Source: Octopus sinensis
Lineage: Eukaryota
Direction: 5' to 3'
NCBI RefSeq assembly: GCF_006345805.1
Contig: NC_043025.1
Coordinates: 6,262,001 to 6,326,000, forward strand
Length of the DNA: 64,000 bases
This document shows, piece by piece, positions 51,066-64,000 of this stretch (the first letter of the stretch is position 1; each line of letters starts with the position of its first letter). The position numbers and the translations under genes are program-made. The notes beneath the pieces were generated by a model that was not told where the DNA came from, did no database searches, and was given only the letters and a program-made list of their open reading frames with translations.

Positions 51066-51567
51066 TTTTCTTGTTATTAAGTGAAGTATTATGATTATAG
51101 ACTAGTGGCTAGAGATGGTCACAACTGGAGTGTCGTTAATTATAATTGGTCTGGTAGAGTAGAACTAATCTGGAGTAAACAATGAAGCATAGTGTGTGTG
51201 TGTGAAAAATGGGTCTCATAGTTACCAAATCTTTTCATTAGGCACAAAAATTTAAATATCTTTATTTTTTTTTTTACCCCTTAACATTGTTGCTGCTTTG
51301 TCTGTTAAATGGTGGTTAGGGTTTCAAATCCTTTTCAGTCTAAAAATTTTTTTTTTTATTAACTGAAATTGGTCTGGTGGAGTAGAACTGATCTGGAGTA
51401 AACAATGAAGCATAGTGTGTGTGTGTGTGTGTGTGTGTGAAAAATGGGTCTCAAGACAGCCTTGCCATAGTTACCAAATTTTTTCATTAGGCACAAAAAT
51501 TTTAATAAATTTAAATATCTTTATTTTTTTTTACCCTTTAACATTGTTGCTGCTCTGTCTGTTCAAT

Positions 51568-52280
51568 AGTGGTTTGGGTTTCAATGTCTTCCCAGTCTAA
51601 AAGTAATTTTATTTTGGTGGTCTGGGTTTCAATGTCTTCCCAGTCTAAAAGTAATTTTATTTTGGTGGTCTGGTTTCAATGTCTTCCCAGTCTAAAAGTA
51701 ATTTTATTTTGGTGGTCTGGGTTTCAATGTCTTCCCAGTCTAAAAGTAATTTTTTTTTGGTGGTTTGGGTTTCAATGTCTTCCCAGTCTAAAAGTATTTT
51801 ATTTTGGTGGTCTGGTTTCAATGTCTTCCCAGTCTAAAAGTAATTTTATTTTGGTGGTCTGGGTTTCAATGTCTTCCCAGTCTAAAAGTAATTTTTTTTG
51901 GTGGTTTGGGTTTCAATGTCTTCCCAGTCTAAAAGTAATTTTATTTTGGTGGTCTGGGTTTCAATGTCTTCCCAGTCTAAAAGTAATTTTTTTTTGGTGG
52001 TTTGGGTTTCAATGTCTTCCCAGTCTAAAAGTAATTTTATTTTGGTGGTCTGGGTTTCAATGTCTTCCCAGTCTAAAAGTAATTTTATTTTGGTGGTCTG
52101 GGTTTCAATGTCTTCCCAGTCTAAAAGTAATTTTTTTTTGGTGGTTTGGGTTTCAATGTCTTCCCAGTCTAAAAGTAATTTTATTTTGGTGGTCTGGGTT
52201 TCAATGTCTTCCCAGTCTAAAAGTAATTTTATTTTGGTGGTCTGGGTTTCAATGTCTTCCCAGTCTAAAACTAATTTTTT
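51568..52280. repeat. 48-bp tandem array, about 15 units, derived from part of the 120-bp unit
   Basis: ggtggtctgggtttcaatgtcttcccagtctaaaagtaattttatttt; only one unit in the mirrored arm. Confidence 0.92.
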
Positions 52281-54562
52281 TTTTGTTATTTACTGAAATA
52301 GATTTAAATATCTGAATTTTCCCATTAATTTTGTAGCAGTTTCGGTGGCCTAGTAGGTAAGGTGCTAGAAGTAGTGGCATAATAATGGTTGAGGTTTCAA
52401 ACCTCTGCCGGGAAATTCATTTTTTTCCACTAGAGACAAAAAAAGTGAAAAATCTTGATTTCCCGGCAGAGGTTTGAAACCTCAACCATTATTATGCCAC
52501 TACTTCTAGCACCTTACCTACTAGGCCACCGAAACTGCTACAAAATTAAAGGGAAAATTCAGATATTTAAATCTATTTCAGTAAATAACAAAAAAAAATT
52601 ACTTTTAGACTGGGAAGACATTGAAACCCAAACCACTTTTGAACAGACAAAGGCTGCCTCAAGACCCATTTTTCTCACACACACATACATACACACTATG
52701 CTTCGTTGTTTACTCCAGATCAGTTCTACTCCACCAGACCAATTTCAGTTAATAAAAAAAAAAATTTTTAGACTGAGAAGGATTTGAAACCCTAACCACC
52801 ATTTAACAGACAAAGCAGCAACAATGTTAAGGGGTAAAAAAAAAAAAAAAAAAGATATTTAAATTTTTGTGCCTAATGAAAAGATTTGGTAACTATGGCA
52901 AGGCTGTCTTGAGACCCAATTTTCGCACACACACACATACACACACACTATGCTTCATTGTTTACTCCAGATTAGTTCTACTCTACCAGACCAATTATAA
53001 TTAACGACACTCCAGTTGTGACCATCTCTAGCCACTTGTCTATAATCATAATACTTCACTTAATAACAAGAAAATAATTTTTAGACTGGGAAGGAATTGA
53101 AACCCAAACCAACATTTAACAGACAAAGCAACAACAATGTTAAGGGGAAAATAAAGATATTTCAATTTATTTCAGTTAATAACAAAAAAAAAAAATTACT
53201 TTTTGACTGGGAAGGAATTGAAACCCAAACCACCATTTAACAGACAAAGCAACAACAATGTTAAGGGGAAAATAAAGATATTTCAATTTATTTCAGTTAA
53301 TAACAAAAAAAAAAAATTACTTTTTGACTGGGAAGGAATTGAAACCCAAACCACCATTTAACAGACAAAACAGCAACAATGTTTAGGGGTAAAAAAAAAG
53401 ATATTTCAATTTATTTCAGTTAATAACAAAAAAAAAAAATTACTTTTTGACTGGGAAGGAATTGAAACCCAAACCACAGAAATAGAGTGAAAAAATGAGA
53501 TATTTAAACCCATCCTAGCTGAAGATCAATAACCAATCACAGAAAAAGGTTTTACGTATCTCTGTTTGTTTGCTCTCCCAAATTAGGGATCTGTTTGGAT
53601 GTCCTTGCAGATAAAGGAATTTCAAGAGCAGTGGAGTGGTGGGGGTGAGTTAAAGGAGGAATTACAACCGTGCTTCGTGGTCTGCTACCACAACAGCTCC
53701 TTTATAGGATCCAGTTAGCTCAAGACATCATCAGGAGGAACCACGTCCACTTTCGGCCCCTATTCCTCTAGCGGAGGTGTCTTCTGCTCTGGTGTTGGGT
53801 GCAGTTCTTTCAGCTATGGCACCCACTCCATACACGGCACAAATGTAGCAAGCAGCTTTTGCACCCTTAGAACCTTGATTAAAAGCAAAAAGAAGCAGGT
53901 GTTGAAAATGCTCGTTTTTCTTAACTTGACATCCCATTTTAATGATCTGAAAATAAACAAAAATTAATTATAATTAACTAGAAAAACAAAAAAACAAAAT
54001 GGATTCCAAAATGATTCAAAGATAGAATTCTCGAAAAAAACTGTATTCCAAAATTTAAAAACGCAATAAATTCCAAAATTTAAAGAGCCTTAGTTGCCAA
54101 CCCAATATATGTATATAATATAATATAATAAAATCTCAGAGGTGTTGACTTCTGCCGCAACAGTTTTGAGAGGCTTTTTACAATGTTGAATTTTCGCTAT
54201 CTTTCATTGTGCGTGTATTCATGTATGTGGAGGTGCAATGGTTAGGGCAGCGGACTCGCGGTTTCGATTCCCAGACTGGGCGTTGTGAGTGTTTATTGAG
54301 CGAAAACACCTAAAAAAGCTCCACAAGGCTCCGGCAGGGGATGGTGGTGATCCCTGGTGTACTCTTTCACCACAACTCTCTCTCTCTCTTACTTCCTGTT
54401 TCTGTTGTACCTGTATTTCAAAGGGCCGGCCATGTCACTCTCTGTGTCACGCTGAATCTCCTCGAGAACTACGTTAAGGGTACACGTATATATATAAGCT
54501 GTTAGTATATATATAAGCTGCTTATCATAAATCACTTTTCCAACTCTCTAACTTCTTTCCAG

Positions 54563-54673
54563 TCGCCAGAAACAGGAAGACTTCTGCACGGAACGAAACT
54601 GGGCCCAGTATCACACACCACGAAATATCTTGTTGGCACTGGTTGGAGAAGTCGGAGAACTCGCTGAAATATT
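54563..54673 (+). CDS. DCTPP1: DCTPP1 copy B, exon 2 (111 nt)
   Basis: ttctttccag|T CGC...ATA TT|gtaag; RQKQEDFCTERNWAQYHTPRNILLALVGEVGELAEI(F), with the canonical ERxW..YH.PRN. Not shown in the ORF track. Confidence 0.93.
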
Positions 54674-55234
54674 GTAAGTTGGTTTACGTTTATCCAAGAT
54701 TTCAAAGTCAAAACTGTAGGTTCTTATGCTGTGTCTGTACCATCTTTATTTCCATGGTGACATAAATTGGAAGGGGTCATCACGGTTCTGGTCAGTTTCA
54801 TTTAGTTACTCCTCTGAATGAATGGTCAGAGTGAAAAGACCCTACTCTTTACTCTTTTACTTGTTTCAGTCATTCGACTGCGGCCATGCTGGAGCACCGC
54901 CTTTTAGTCGATCAAATCAACCCCGGGACTTATTCTTTGTAAGCCCAGTACTTATTCTATCGGTCTCTTTTGCTGAACCGCTAAGTGACAGGGACGTAAA
55001 CACACTAGCATCAGTTGTCAAGCAATGAGGCAGTGTTTAATTTCAAAAAGAGCCATCTGTGTATTGTACACTTGCAGTTTTTGTCCAGAAATAACATCAC
55101 TTGTTTTTTCTGTGTCTCTTTCTGTGGAAGAGCATAGGCTCGAAACAAAAGACTTTTTCTATTCCTGAGATTTATACTAATACATCTGTTTTGTACACTA
55201 CCTGTCTTCGTCTTTTGTTTTTTTCATAAACTCT

Positions 55235-55308
<74 letters not shown>

Positions 55309-55340
55309 ATGTTTTTATGTCTATTTTCTCCTGTTTTCAG

Positions 55341-55375
55341 TCAGTGGAAGGGTGAAGTGAAACAAGGACTTCCAG
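55341..55375 (+). CDS. DCTPP1: DCTPP1 copy B, exon 3 (35 nt)
   Basis: ctgttttcag|TCAGTGG...CTTCCAG|gtagg. Confidence 0.93.
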
Positions 55376-56149
55376 GTAGGTTCCCCACCAAAGTTTCTTG
55401 CTACTTGAAATATTATACAGACAGAAAGAGGGTGGGGTGCTAGTGAAAAGTACGGGTTTGATAGGTCTGTAATTCTACAGATATCCTCATGCTTCTATAC
55501 GTATTTGTAGCTCAGCAACTTTAACCTCTCTCTTTCATCTTAGTTGTCTCCATCATTGGACTGTGGCCATGCTGGAGCACTGCATCAACCTCGGTACTTA
55601 TTTTTAAGTACTCTATTGGTAGGTTTTGCTAAACTGCTAAGTCATGGGATGTAAACAAACCAATAAGACCTGTCCCCTATAACAGAATTATTAATGTTCC
55701 CTCTTTTCCAGCTGAAGAGGTTTTTGCCTTGAAGAACCCTCATTCCAGTCCACTTCAAAGGCACCAGTGTTGGTACCATGTAAAAAGTACCTGGCACATG
55801 GTAAAGTGGTTGATGTTAGGAAGGGCATCCGGCTGTAGAAACCAAACCCAATCAGGTTGGAACCTGGTACAGCTCTGGTCAAACCATCCAACCCATGCCA
55901 GCATGGAAAACAGACCAGAGACTAATGCTGTTTCAATCTTAATTTATATTCTTTTTTTCTCTCTTTTACTTGTTTCAGTCATTTGACTGCGGCCATGCTG
56001 GAGCACCGCCTTTAATCGAGCAACTCGACCCCAGGTCTTATTCTTTAGTAAGCCCAGTACTTATTCTATCGGTCTCTTTTGCCGAACTGCTAAGTAACGG
56101 GGGACATAAACACACTAGCATCGGTTGTCAAGCACTGTTAGGGGGACAG

Positions 56150-56180
<31 letters not shown>

Positions 56181-56453
56181 CGACGGGCTTCTTTCAGTTT
56201 CTATCTACCATATCCACTCACAAGGCTTTGGTCGGCCCGAGACTATAATAGAAGATACTTACCCAAGGTGCCACGCAGTGGGACTGAACCCAGAACCATG
56301 TGGTTGGTAAACAAGCCACTCCTGCGCCTATATTATGATGGGAATTCAAAAATTATTCACACTTTTACCATAACATACCTTTATCATTGTCACACTACCT
56401 TAGGTACATGGGTGCTTATCGTTGACCTCATACTTATTTCATTTTTATTTCAG

Positions 56454-56665
56454 AATTTTCTGAACGTGAAAAGGAACATGTAGGTGAGGAAATGAGTGAT
56501 GTTTTAATATATTTGATTCGGTTAGCCGACCGATGTAGGGTTGACCTTCCAAGCGCTGCTCTGCGTAAATTCCAGAAGAACGCAAAGAAATATCCTGCAG
56601 ACAGAGTCTTTGGCAAAAGTAACAAATATACAGACTATACAGACCAACTTGTTAAAGAAATTTGA
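56454..56665 (+). CDS. DCTPP1: DCTPP1 copy B, exon 4 (212 nt)
   Basis: atttttatttcag|AA TTT TCT...; FSEREKEHVGEEMSDVLIYLIRLADRCRVDLPSAALRKFQKNAKKYPADRVFGKSNKYTDYTDQLVKEI*, TGA at 56663-56665. Confidence 0.93.
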
Positions 56666-57293
56666 AGAATTAGTAGCAGAAAATAAAAAAAAAAAAACAA
56701 GAAACAAAACATCTTTTGTTGATATTTGTTTATCTCTATGAATCAGGTGTGTAATTTTAAATAATAAATACATACAGAAATACAGATTTATATACATGTA
56801 GACATATACAACAACAACATACATACATACATACATATGTGCGTAGAGATATATATATATATATATATATATAAACACACATTTTTTTTTTTTGTGTATG
56901 TATGTATACAGAAAGTGGTGAAAACAAATGTGTAGAATTTGCAAACGGGAAATCAAACTGAAGTGTGTAAAAATCATGTCAGTATAATGAAAAAAATATA
57001 CAAGAAATAATTAGAACTAACGATGCACACACACACACACACGCATGTACATATATTTATAGATGTGTGTATGTTTGGCTATATAGATTTTCTGTTTAAT
57101 ATGTTTACTTAAAACATGTAGACAAACACACACACATGTATCACACAAAACATATTTACATATGTGTGTATAGTTACGTATATATATAGTAGATTAAGCA
57201 CCTAAATGTGAAACAAGGTATACATACACACAGACATGCTTACAATATATATATATATATATATATATATACAAACATGTCAGTGTATGTATG

Positions 57294-57330
<37 letters not shown>

Positions 57331-57768
57331 TTGTGCTTGCATGACTGTATGTATGTATATATATCTATGCTTGTAACATAACATGGTACACACACACTCA
57401 CACACACAATCTAAGTAATGAGTGACATACAGGTATGATGAGAGAAAAATATCATTAAAACACTTCTATGTCAATCAAGAAACCAATGTGTAGATTATAC
57501 ACCAGTGTGTATACAGCAACTGTATGTATATACACCCATGTGTACACAGTAGTGCTAGGGGGGGGGGGTTAATCAATTTCACACGCACACACAGAAATAC
57601 CGAAACACACTTGTATATGTATGTGTGTATGTCAATGGTATGCATACATACATCCGTATAAAGTTATACACATCTGTATGTGTATATATTGTTCACATTC
57701 ATGCACGCACACACACACATCTATCTCTTATTTTTATGTGTGTATGTATATATACACAGCTGACTTTG

Positions 57769-57804
<36 letters not shown>

Positions 57805-57940
57805 TGTGTGTGTGTGTATACACACATATATATATATATATATATACAACAATTTATGCATATACACATGTACATTCATATATATGTACTTCTATACATG
57901 TATATATATTTGTACATGTATACATATAATCCTGTGTACA

Positions 57941-58000
<60 letters not shown>

Positions 58001-59039
58001 TTACTACCCACAAGGGGCTAAACATAGAGGAGACAAACAAGGACAGACCAACGGATTAAGTCAATTACATCAACCCAGTGCGAAACTGGTACTTAATTTA
58101 TCGACCCCGAGAGGATGAAAGGCACATATAAGTATCAATTGGACAGATGTTCTACATCACTGACCACAGTGCACTTCTTTTTAGTGTTTTAGCTTTCAAA
58201 TGATGCCACCTTGCTGGCAAGGCAGGCAGCTCAACACACACACTTATTCTACTGGTATTCTAAATTTCACAAATGCTCCAACAGGCCATGCTGGAGTACA
58301 ATCTAAAATTTCAATGATACCAGCTCCTTAGTATTTCATTTACAGAGGGTAAGTAATCTAAACTTAACAAAAAGAAAAATATTCTTTCTTAAAGGGAGAC
58401 CTTTTGACATGATGGTAAAATGTCAACATGTAGTTGAAATTTGAGGTATTTCATTGGTTAATGCAAACCACATAACACACCTACTGAAAACGTATGTCGA
58501 AAAAGAAATATTTAACAATTGGTTTCAAGGGGGGATAACTCTGCATTTAGCCTTTTCTTTGGTTACCTCCCTTATTGAAAAAAAAAAATGGTTTTCTTAA
58601 GGGGAGATAATTCTGCATTTAGCCTTTTCTTTGGTTACCTCCCTTTTTGAAAATTTTTTTCTTGGGGAAATGACTGCTTTTTCTTTGGTATAAATAAATG
58701 AACCATAGTTACCTTTTAAGCACCAAATGTACATTAAAAGGGTCGTGAATTTCTAGTCCTAGGCTATGAAGAAACAAGCAAAAATAAAACTAACCCCGAG
58801 TTGCCTCCCCTTGAAAATGGGTTTTTTTTTTTTGTTCTTTTAATTATGAAATTCCTGCCCTTAATATGCGATTCCCCTGTCAGTGTTAACCAATGAGGCC
58901 GAGCTTTTGGCACCCTCATAAACAGAAAGGCACGTTATACATTGTAGTCCAACGTAAAGCATTTGTGAAATTTCAGGTAATAACAGAAGGTGTCAGCCAA
59001 ATACACACACACAAATATATTACATTTAAAAATAAACAT

Positions 59040-59375
59040 ACGTACATATATATATGTAAACATTTACACACACACACATATATATATATAAATACATAAA
59101 AATAATTGTGTATATTTATATAAATATATATATATTTACATTTACACACACACATATATATATATAAATACATAAAAATAATTGTGTATATTTATATAAA
59201 TATATATATATTTACATTTACACACACACATATATATATATAAATACATAAAAATAATTGTGTATATTTATATAAATATATATATATCTACATTTACACA
59301 CACACACATATATATATAAATACATAAAAATAATTGTGTATATTTATATAAATATATATATATATATCTACATAC
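59040..59375. repeat. ~75-bp AT-rich tandem repeat, about 4 units
   Basis: taaatacataaaaataattgtgtatatttatataaat...catttacacacacaca repeated. Confidence 0.85.
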
Positions 59376-59599
59376 ATAAACTGTGTTTATGTGTAGAATT
59401 TAGTCAAGAGATAGAAACCAGGTATTCTAAATGTGTCGTACAAACACTCTTGTTAATTAAATTCAGTAAAATTAATTAATAAATTTATGTGCATTGATTA
59501 TGTTAATTAGAAGGAAAAAAACCTGTTAACAAAAAATATATAAATATGAGTAAATAAATAAAAAAACAACAACCCCTAGAAGAATTATAATATACAATA

Positions 59600-60120
59600 A
59601 CAACCGTTAAGGTGTCTCCATGTGGTCATATGACCTGCTAGAAATATCAGCCAAGTCTTACAAAAATCACGCTGTAGTGTTTATAAAAAGAAAAGGGGAC
59701 TACATTAGATAATGGAGTCCAAGGTATACTGTGTTGAAAAAAATGATAAAAAGATGGGATGGTCATTGCTGGAACATCTTTGATCATACATCTACAAGAT
59801 CAGGACTGACCTGGGGCTAAACAATAACAAAGAAACATTAGATAATGTAGTCCTAGATACACTATGTTTGAATAAAAGACAGGGTGGTCACAGCTGGAAC
59901 ATCTTTGATCATAGGTCTGCTGAATCAGGACAGACCTGTGGTTAAACAACATAAGACACTATGCCTGAATATAAGATGGGATGGTCACAGCTGGAACAGG
60001 AAGTCTAGCTACCATGTAGAGGTCTCCCTCATTGGCTCGAGGGAGATTTGGCTGCTATTTCTACCAGGTCTAGCTACCATGTAGAGGTCTCTTCATTGGC
60101 TCATACATAAAACAGTAGGT
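59600..60120. mobile_element. Rearranged interspersed repeat carrying the tagaaatagcagccaa motif and duplicated gatggtcacagctggaacatctttgatcat blocks
   Basis: Three similar blocks at ~59750, 59880 and 59975; related degenerate sequence at ~30960-31130, 34650 and 61400. Confidence 0.55.
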
Positions 60121-60569
60121 CCAGAAGATACTTATAACAAGACAATCCAGCCATGACTACTGAGTTTGATTTTCTTTTTAGACATGTCTGTTTGTTATCA
60201 TTGCACACACATTTTAAAAGTGCAGCAGACCTATACACCTATGATTGAAGACTCTCCAGCTGTGACCATCACCTGTCAAATCTTTGTGTTTCTCCCCCTC
60301 CAAAGACGTCTCGCTTTCTCTATATTACATTGATTGCAACCAACATCAGACGTTGGTGCAGATTATGGCTTTTGCTGCACATTGCATACAGCTATTGCAA
60401 TATTGGTGATTGTGCAGTATTCTCTTGCCTCACTATGAACAGTCGTGTGCATATATGTGCAGCAGCTGCAAAAATCATATTTTTAAAATGCATTTTTTGG
60501 TTAATTTTCATTCATTTTCTGTGAACACAGGTTAATAAATATCATTATTATTATTATTATTATTATTAG

Positions 60570-61186
60570 TGTGCTTTGACTGTACAACCGAGTGCAGTTC
60601 AGGTGTGCTGAATAAGGGCAATGCTTCTTGAGCGAGAGAGCAGTGCATGCCATCAAAGTGACAACAGGGTGACAGAGATACAAAGCCCAATATATCCATA
60701 ATGACAACCTTCTGATAAGGGTACCCTAGGCACGTGCACCACAACCATATGTGTGCGACATGGTGATCTCATATCAAGATAAACAGCACATAACCTTGCA
60801 GGTGGGGCCCAGTTAGAATTTTCTTCTGGTCGAGTAACCCATCCCACTCAAAAGGTCCCTGAATAAGGGTTGTTTAAGGATGATAACTGAAACAACCATA
60901 TTTCCAGGGGTGAATTATTCAAACCCCAAAGAATTTCTCTCAACACATGGCTATGATGCTCCCCCACTACTTCTGCTCGTGATCAGAGATGCACATATCG
61001 TCAGCCACTAAGGGACATGCTCAACTGGTTAAGGTCAAACAACTGACAAGCAAATCTGTGGTATTGAGCAGAATATTTGCTGTAGCCCATCTTTTATACC
61101 AAGACAAAACAATGTACATGATAACACTTCCAATCAGTTAAGATCAGAAGCCATGAGAGCCACTGCCTGGTACTGCATCAGGGCAT
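60570..61186. mobile_element. ~620-bp probable interspersed repeat flanked by (ATT)n tracts, family unassigned
   Basis: Discrete higher-GC block between two (ATT)n microsatellites with no credible ORF; single copy in this window. Confidence 0.35.
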
Positions 61187-62641
61187 TTATTATCATTATA
61201 ATTATCACTCTCATTCATTAGTGTTTTGTATTTGCGATTGTCTCGTTAATGTGCAAGCTTAGTGTGTTAAAGTTAGTTGATTATAAATTATAACATGTTG
61301 CATTTTTCACTGCAGTAATTTCATTTATATATATGCATGTGTGTTTAATTAGGTTTGTGTATTTATAAATATATATATATGTATATATACCGAACTTTTA
61401 GAAATAGCAGCCAAAGAATTTAACTATTTCCCCCACTGTAAGAAGAGTCTCCCAGACAATGTTTACTCGAAAACAATTCACGTAGGCATAGAGGGGAAAA
61501 TAACGAAAATCGATTATTGAGAATGTGTTTCTGGGTTAGTTAGATATAGAGATGCTAGAAATACATACCTATTCCAAGATTTCGTTAAATTTGGGAGCAC
61601 TAAAAATCGAACATACCTGTCTGATTTGAGTAACCTCAGACGAACCACCTTCGACATCCAGTAATAACGAATTCAAAACGTACAAATGAGGCTTTGCATC
61701 CTCCCCTGGCCACCCAGTTGAGTTATAGAGCAACAAGTTGCTCTATAAGTTACAATATATATATATATATATATATATGTAATGTTTTGTTGTTGCTCTT
61801 AGTTACCCTTTGCACCTGACATCTAAGCTGTGCAATTGCCGTGCATCATGCATGAGACAATTGTGACATGCATCTCTCTCCTGAGTCATAGCTATGCACT
61901 TAAATTCTGCTCTTTGGAAAATTTCTGCAGTTGCATTTTTCGCCAGATTCTGAAGACATTGCTGTCTCCCATGCTAATTGTGCAACATGCATTTTGCAGT
62001 TTCAAATGTTGCAGCTGCATTGTGCTAAATGCAAATCCAGTGCATTTCAGTTTCTTACAAAAGGTTGCACCTGGCATTGTATCAAGTCTGCAGATGCATT
62101 TGTTAATTTCAGCTGTTGCAGCTGTACATGTGCAGAATTGTATTTAAAAACTGTGGCAATTGACAGGCTGCACAATAAAAGTGCAACAAAACAGCTGCAG
62201 TTGATGCAGTCATTTCTCAACCTGAATCAGTTGACATTTGTGCAGTTTACAGTGGGATCATGACGGGCAGAAGGATTGGGTGAATAATAGTGTGTTTAGT
62301 GCAGAGTTGGTGTGTGGTGGCGAGACAAGTGGATGGGTGGCTGCATCAATATAAAGATGAGCAGGGAGAGGAGGAAGGGGCCGACAGTGTTTGGACTAGA
62401 ATGATATGGTTTGCATGGAGCAGAGTTTGTGGGGAGTGGCACAGTGGTTGGGGAGGGAATGTGTAACGAAAGGAGGATAGAGGCAGAGGGGGAAAAATTT
62501 TGGCACATTTTCTACATAGTGACCAATAATATATATACATATAAGTATATAGATATATATGCATACATGTATGCATTTATTTTTATGTGCATATAAATAT
62601 TTGTAGGGTTGTATATATGTGTGTGTATACATGTATTTGTA

Positions 62642-62688
<47 letters not shown>

Positions 62689-63262
62689 TATATATGTGTG
62701 TGTGTGTGTGTACATGTATTTGTATGCATATATATATATGTGTGTATACATGTATTTGTATGCATATATATATATATGTGTGTGTGTGTGTACATGTATT
62801 TGTATGCATATATATATATATATGTGTGTGTGTACATGTACTTGTATTCATATGTATGTATATTTATGTATGTGTAACTGTATACATGTATGTATATATA
62901 TATATATGCATCGTATTTTTCTTTTAGTTGTGCTATTAATTAAATAAATAAGGTAATTAAAGCAACTTTTTTTCTCCTCCTCCCACCCATCCCCCCTCAT
63001 GCACACCCCTCCCCCCCTTCTGTAATTTTGCAAACAAAAACATTAACATTTCTTTTTTCCTTTCTTCCCTTCCATCTGACCATCACTATTGCTATAATTG
63101 ACTATCATCATCATCATCACCATGACCATCAACCAAACCATTATAGTCAGCAAAAGTGCTACTACTATAACCTTAACCATCACCATGACCATCACCACCA
63201 ACATCATTGTTGTATATTTGTTTGCTTATAGTTTTTTTCCCTTATTGTTTTTGTATGTAGCA

Positions 63263-63293
<31 letters not shown>

Positions 63294-64000
63294 TTTACAA
63301 AAGTTTTGTTTGTTTAAGCAAACATCATCATCATCATCATCGTCAACAATTACAGCAGCAGCAATCAGGTAATCTGCCACCCTTTTCGCCCACCTCTTCA
63401 CGTCAGTTAATCTTTTTCATTTTTAAAGAAAGTGTACCGGTATGTATGACATAGTGTCCCAAGCTGCAGCAACAGTCAGCCAGTCCTGAAACACGCAATA
63501 TCACAAGAGTCATACTAACTTTGTTTACATTCATTTCGAAGAAAGTGGAGAATTCCCATGAAAGGGAGAAAAATCATCATCATCATCATCATTATTATTA
63601 TTATTATTAAGGCAGCAAGCTGGTAGAATCGTTAGCATGCCCAGCAAAATGCTTAGCAGTATTTCATCTCTTTTTGTTCTGGGTTCAAGTTCTGCCAAAG
63701 TCGACTTTGCTTTCCATCCTTTCGAGGTTCATAAATTGAGTACCAGTGATACACTGGGGTTGGGGGGGGGGGTGTCAATGTAATCAATCTGTCCACTCCC
63801 CCCAAAATGTCAGTCCTTGTGCTTATAGTGGAAGGGATGATTATTAGGGTGGTGAGCTGGTAGAATCGTTAGCATGCCCGACAGCGAAATGCTTAATTGT
63901 ATTTCATCTGTCTTTTTGTTCTGGGTTCAAGTTCTGCCAAGGTCGACTTTGCCTTTCATCCTTTTGTGGGGTCGATAAATTAAGTAGGTTGATGTAATCG

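Larger units (their letters stand above)
49621..54105. mobile_element. ~4.4-kb foldback palindrome: mariner 5' end, captured sequence, 120-bp and 48-bp tandem arrays
   Basis: Left arm 49621-52416 and right arm 52458-54041 are reverse complements with a 41-nt spacer. The identical ORF in both arms starts as a mariner HTH (MGCQVKKNEHFQHLLLFAFNQGSKGAKAACYICAVYG). A mariner TIR (ttgggttggcaactaag, TA-flanked) survives only on the right, ending at 54105. Confidence 0.88.

Noticed and set aside
52417-52457. Palindrome as a missed sequencing-adapter read-through artefact
   Set aside because: The spacer does not resemble a SMRTbell adapter, and the arms differ in substitutions and repeat copy number; the artefact is not fully excluded without reads.

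Overview
AT-rich, microsatellite- and SINE-dense animal genomic DNA. The repeat families look like those of octopod cephalopods (inference, not a database result). Host genes: (1) the 3' coding end of an uncharacterised HEAT/ARM-like protein (1-726, +); (2) an intronless MRPL48 (16171-16827, -); (3) two head-to-head, 4-exon paralogues of dCTP pyrophosphatase 1 (DCTPP1), which the ORF track only shows as fragments. Copy A is on the minus strand (32255->24143, 210 aa) and copy B on the plus strand (34801->56665, 213 aa). In both copies exon 1 adds an N-terminal DUF4817-like helix-turn-helix of the type found in Tc1/mariner-family transposases, spliced in frame to the MazG-type pyrophosphatase; this is the most novel-looking system here. 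Copy A has lost two nucleobase-pocket residues (human W47 and H51 equivalents) and a putative NLS but keeps the metal ligands. The 19.5-kb intron 1 of copy B holds a degenerate Helitron with a nested mariner, a CR1 LINE end, a tandem/inverted cluster of four minimal hammerhead-ribozyme-like motifs, and a ~4.4-kb foldback palindrome built from a mariner 5' end plus 120-bp and 48-bp tandem repeats. The rest is SINEs, MITEs, non-autonomous Helitrons, RTE fragments, minisatellites and several near-perfect hairpins.
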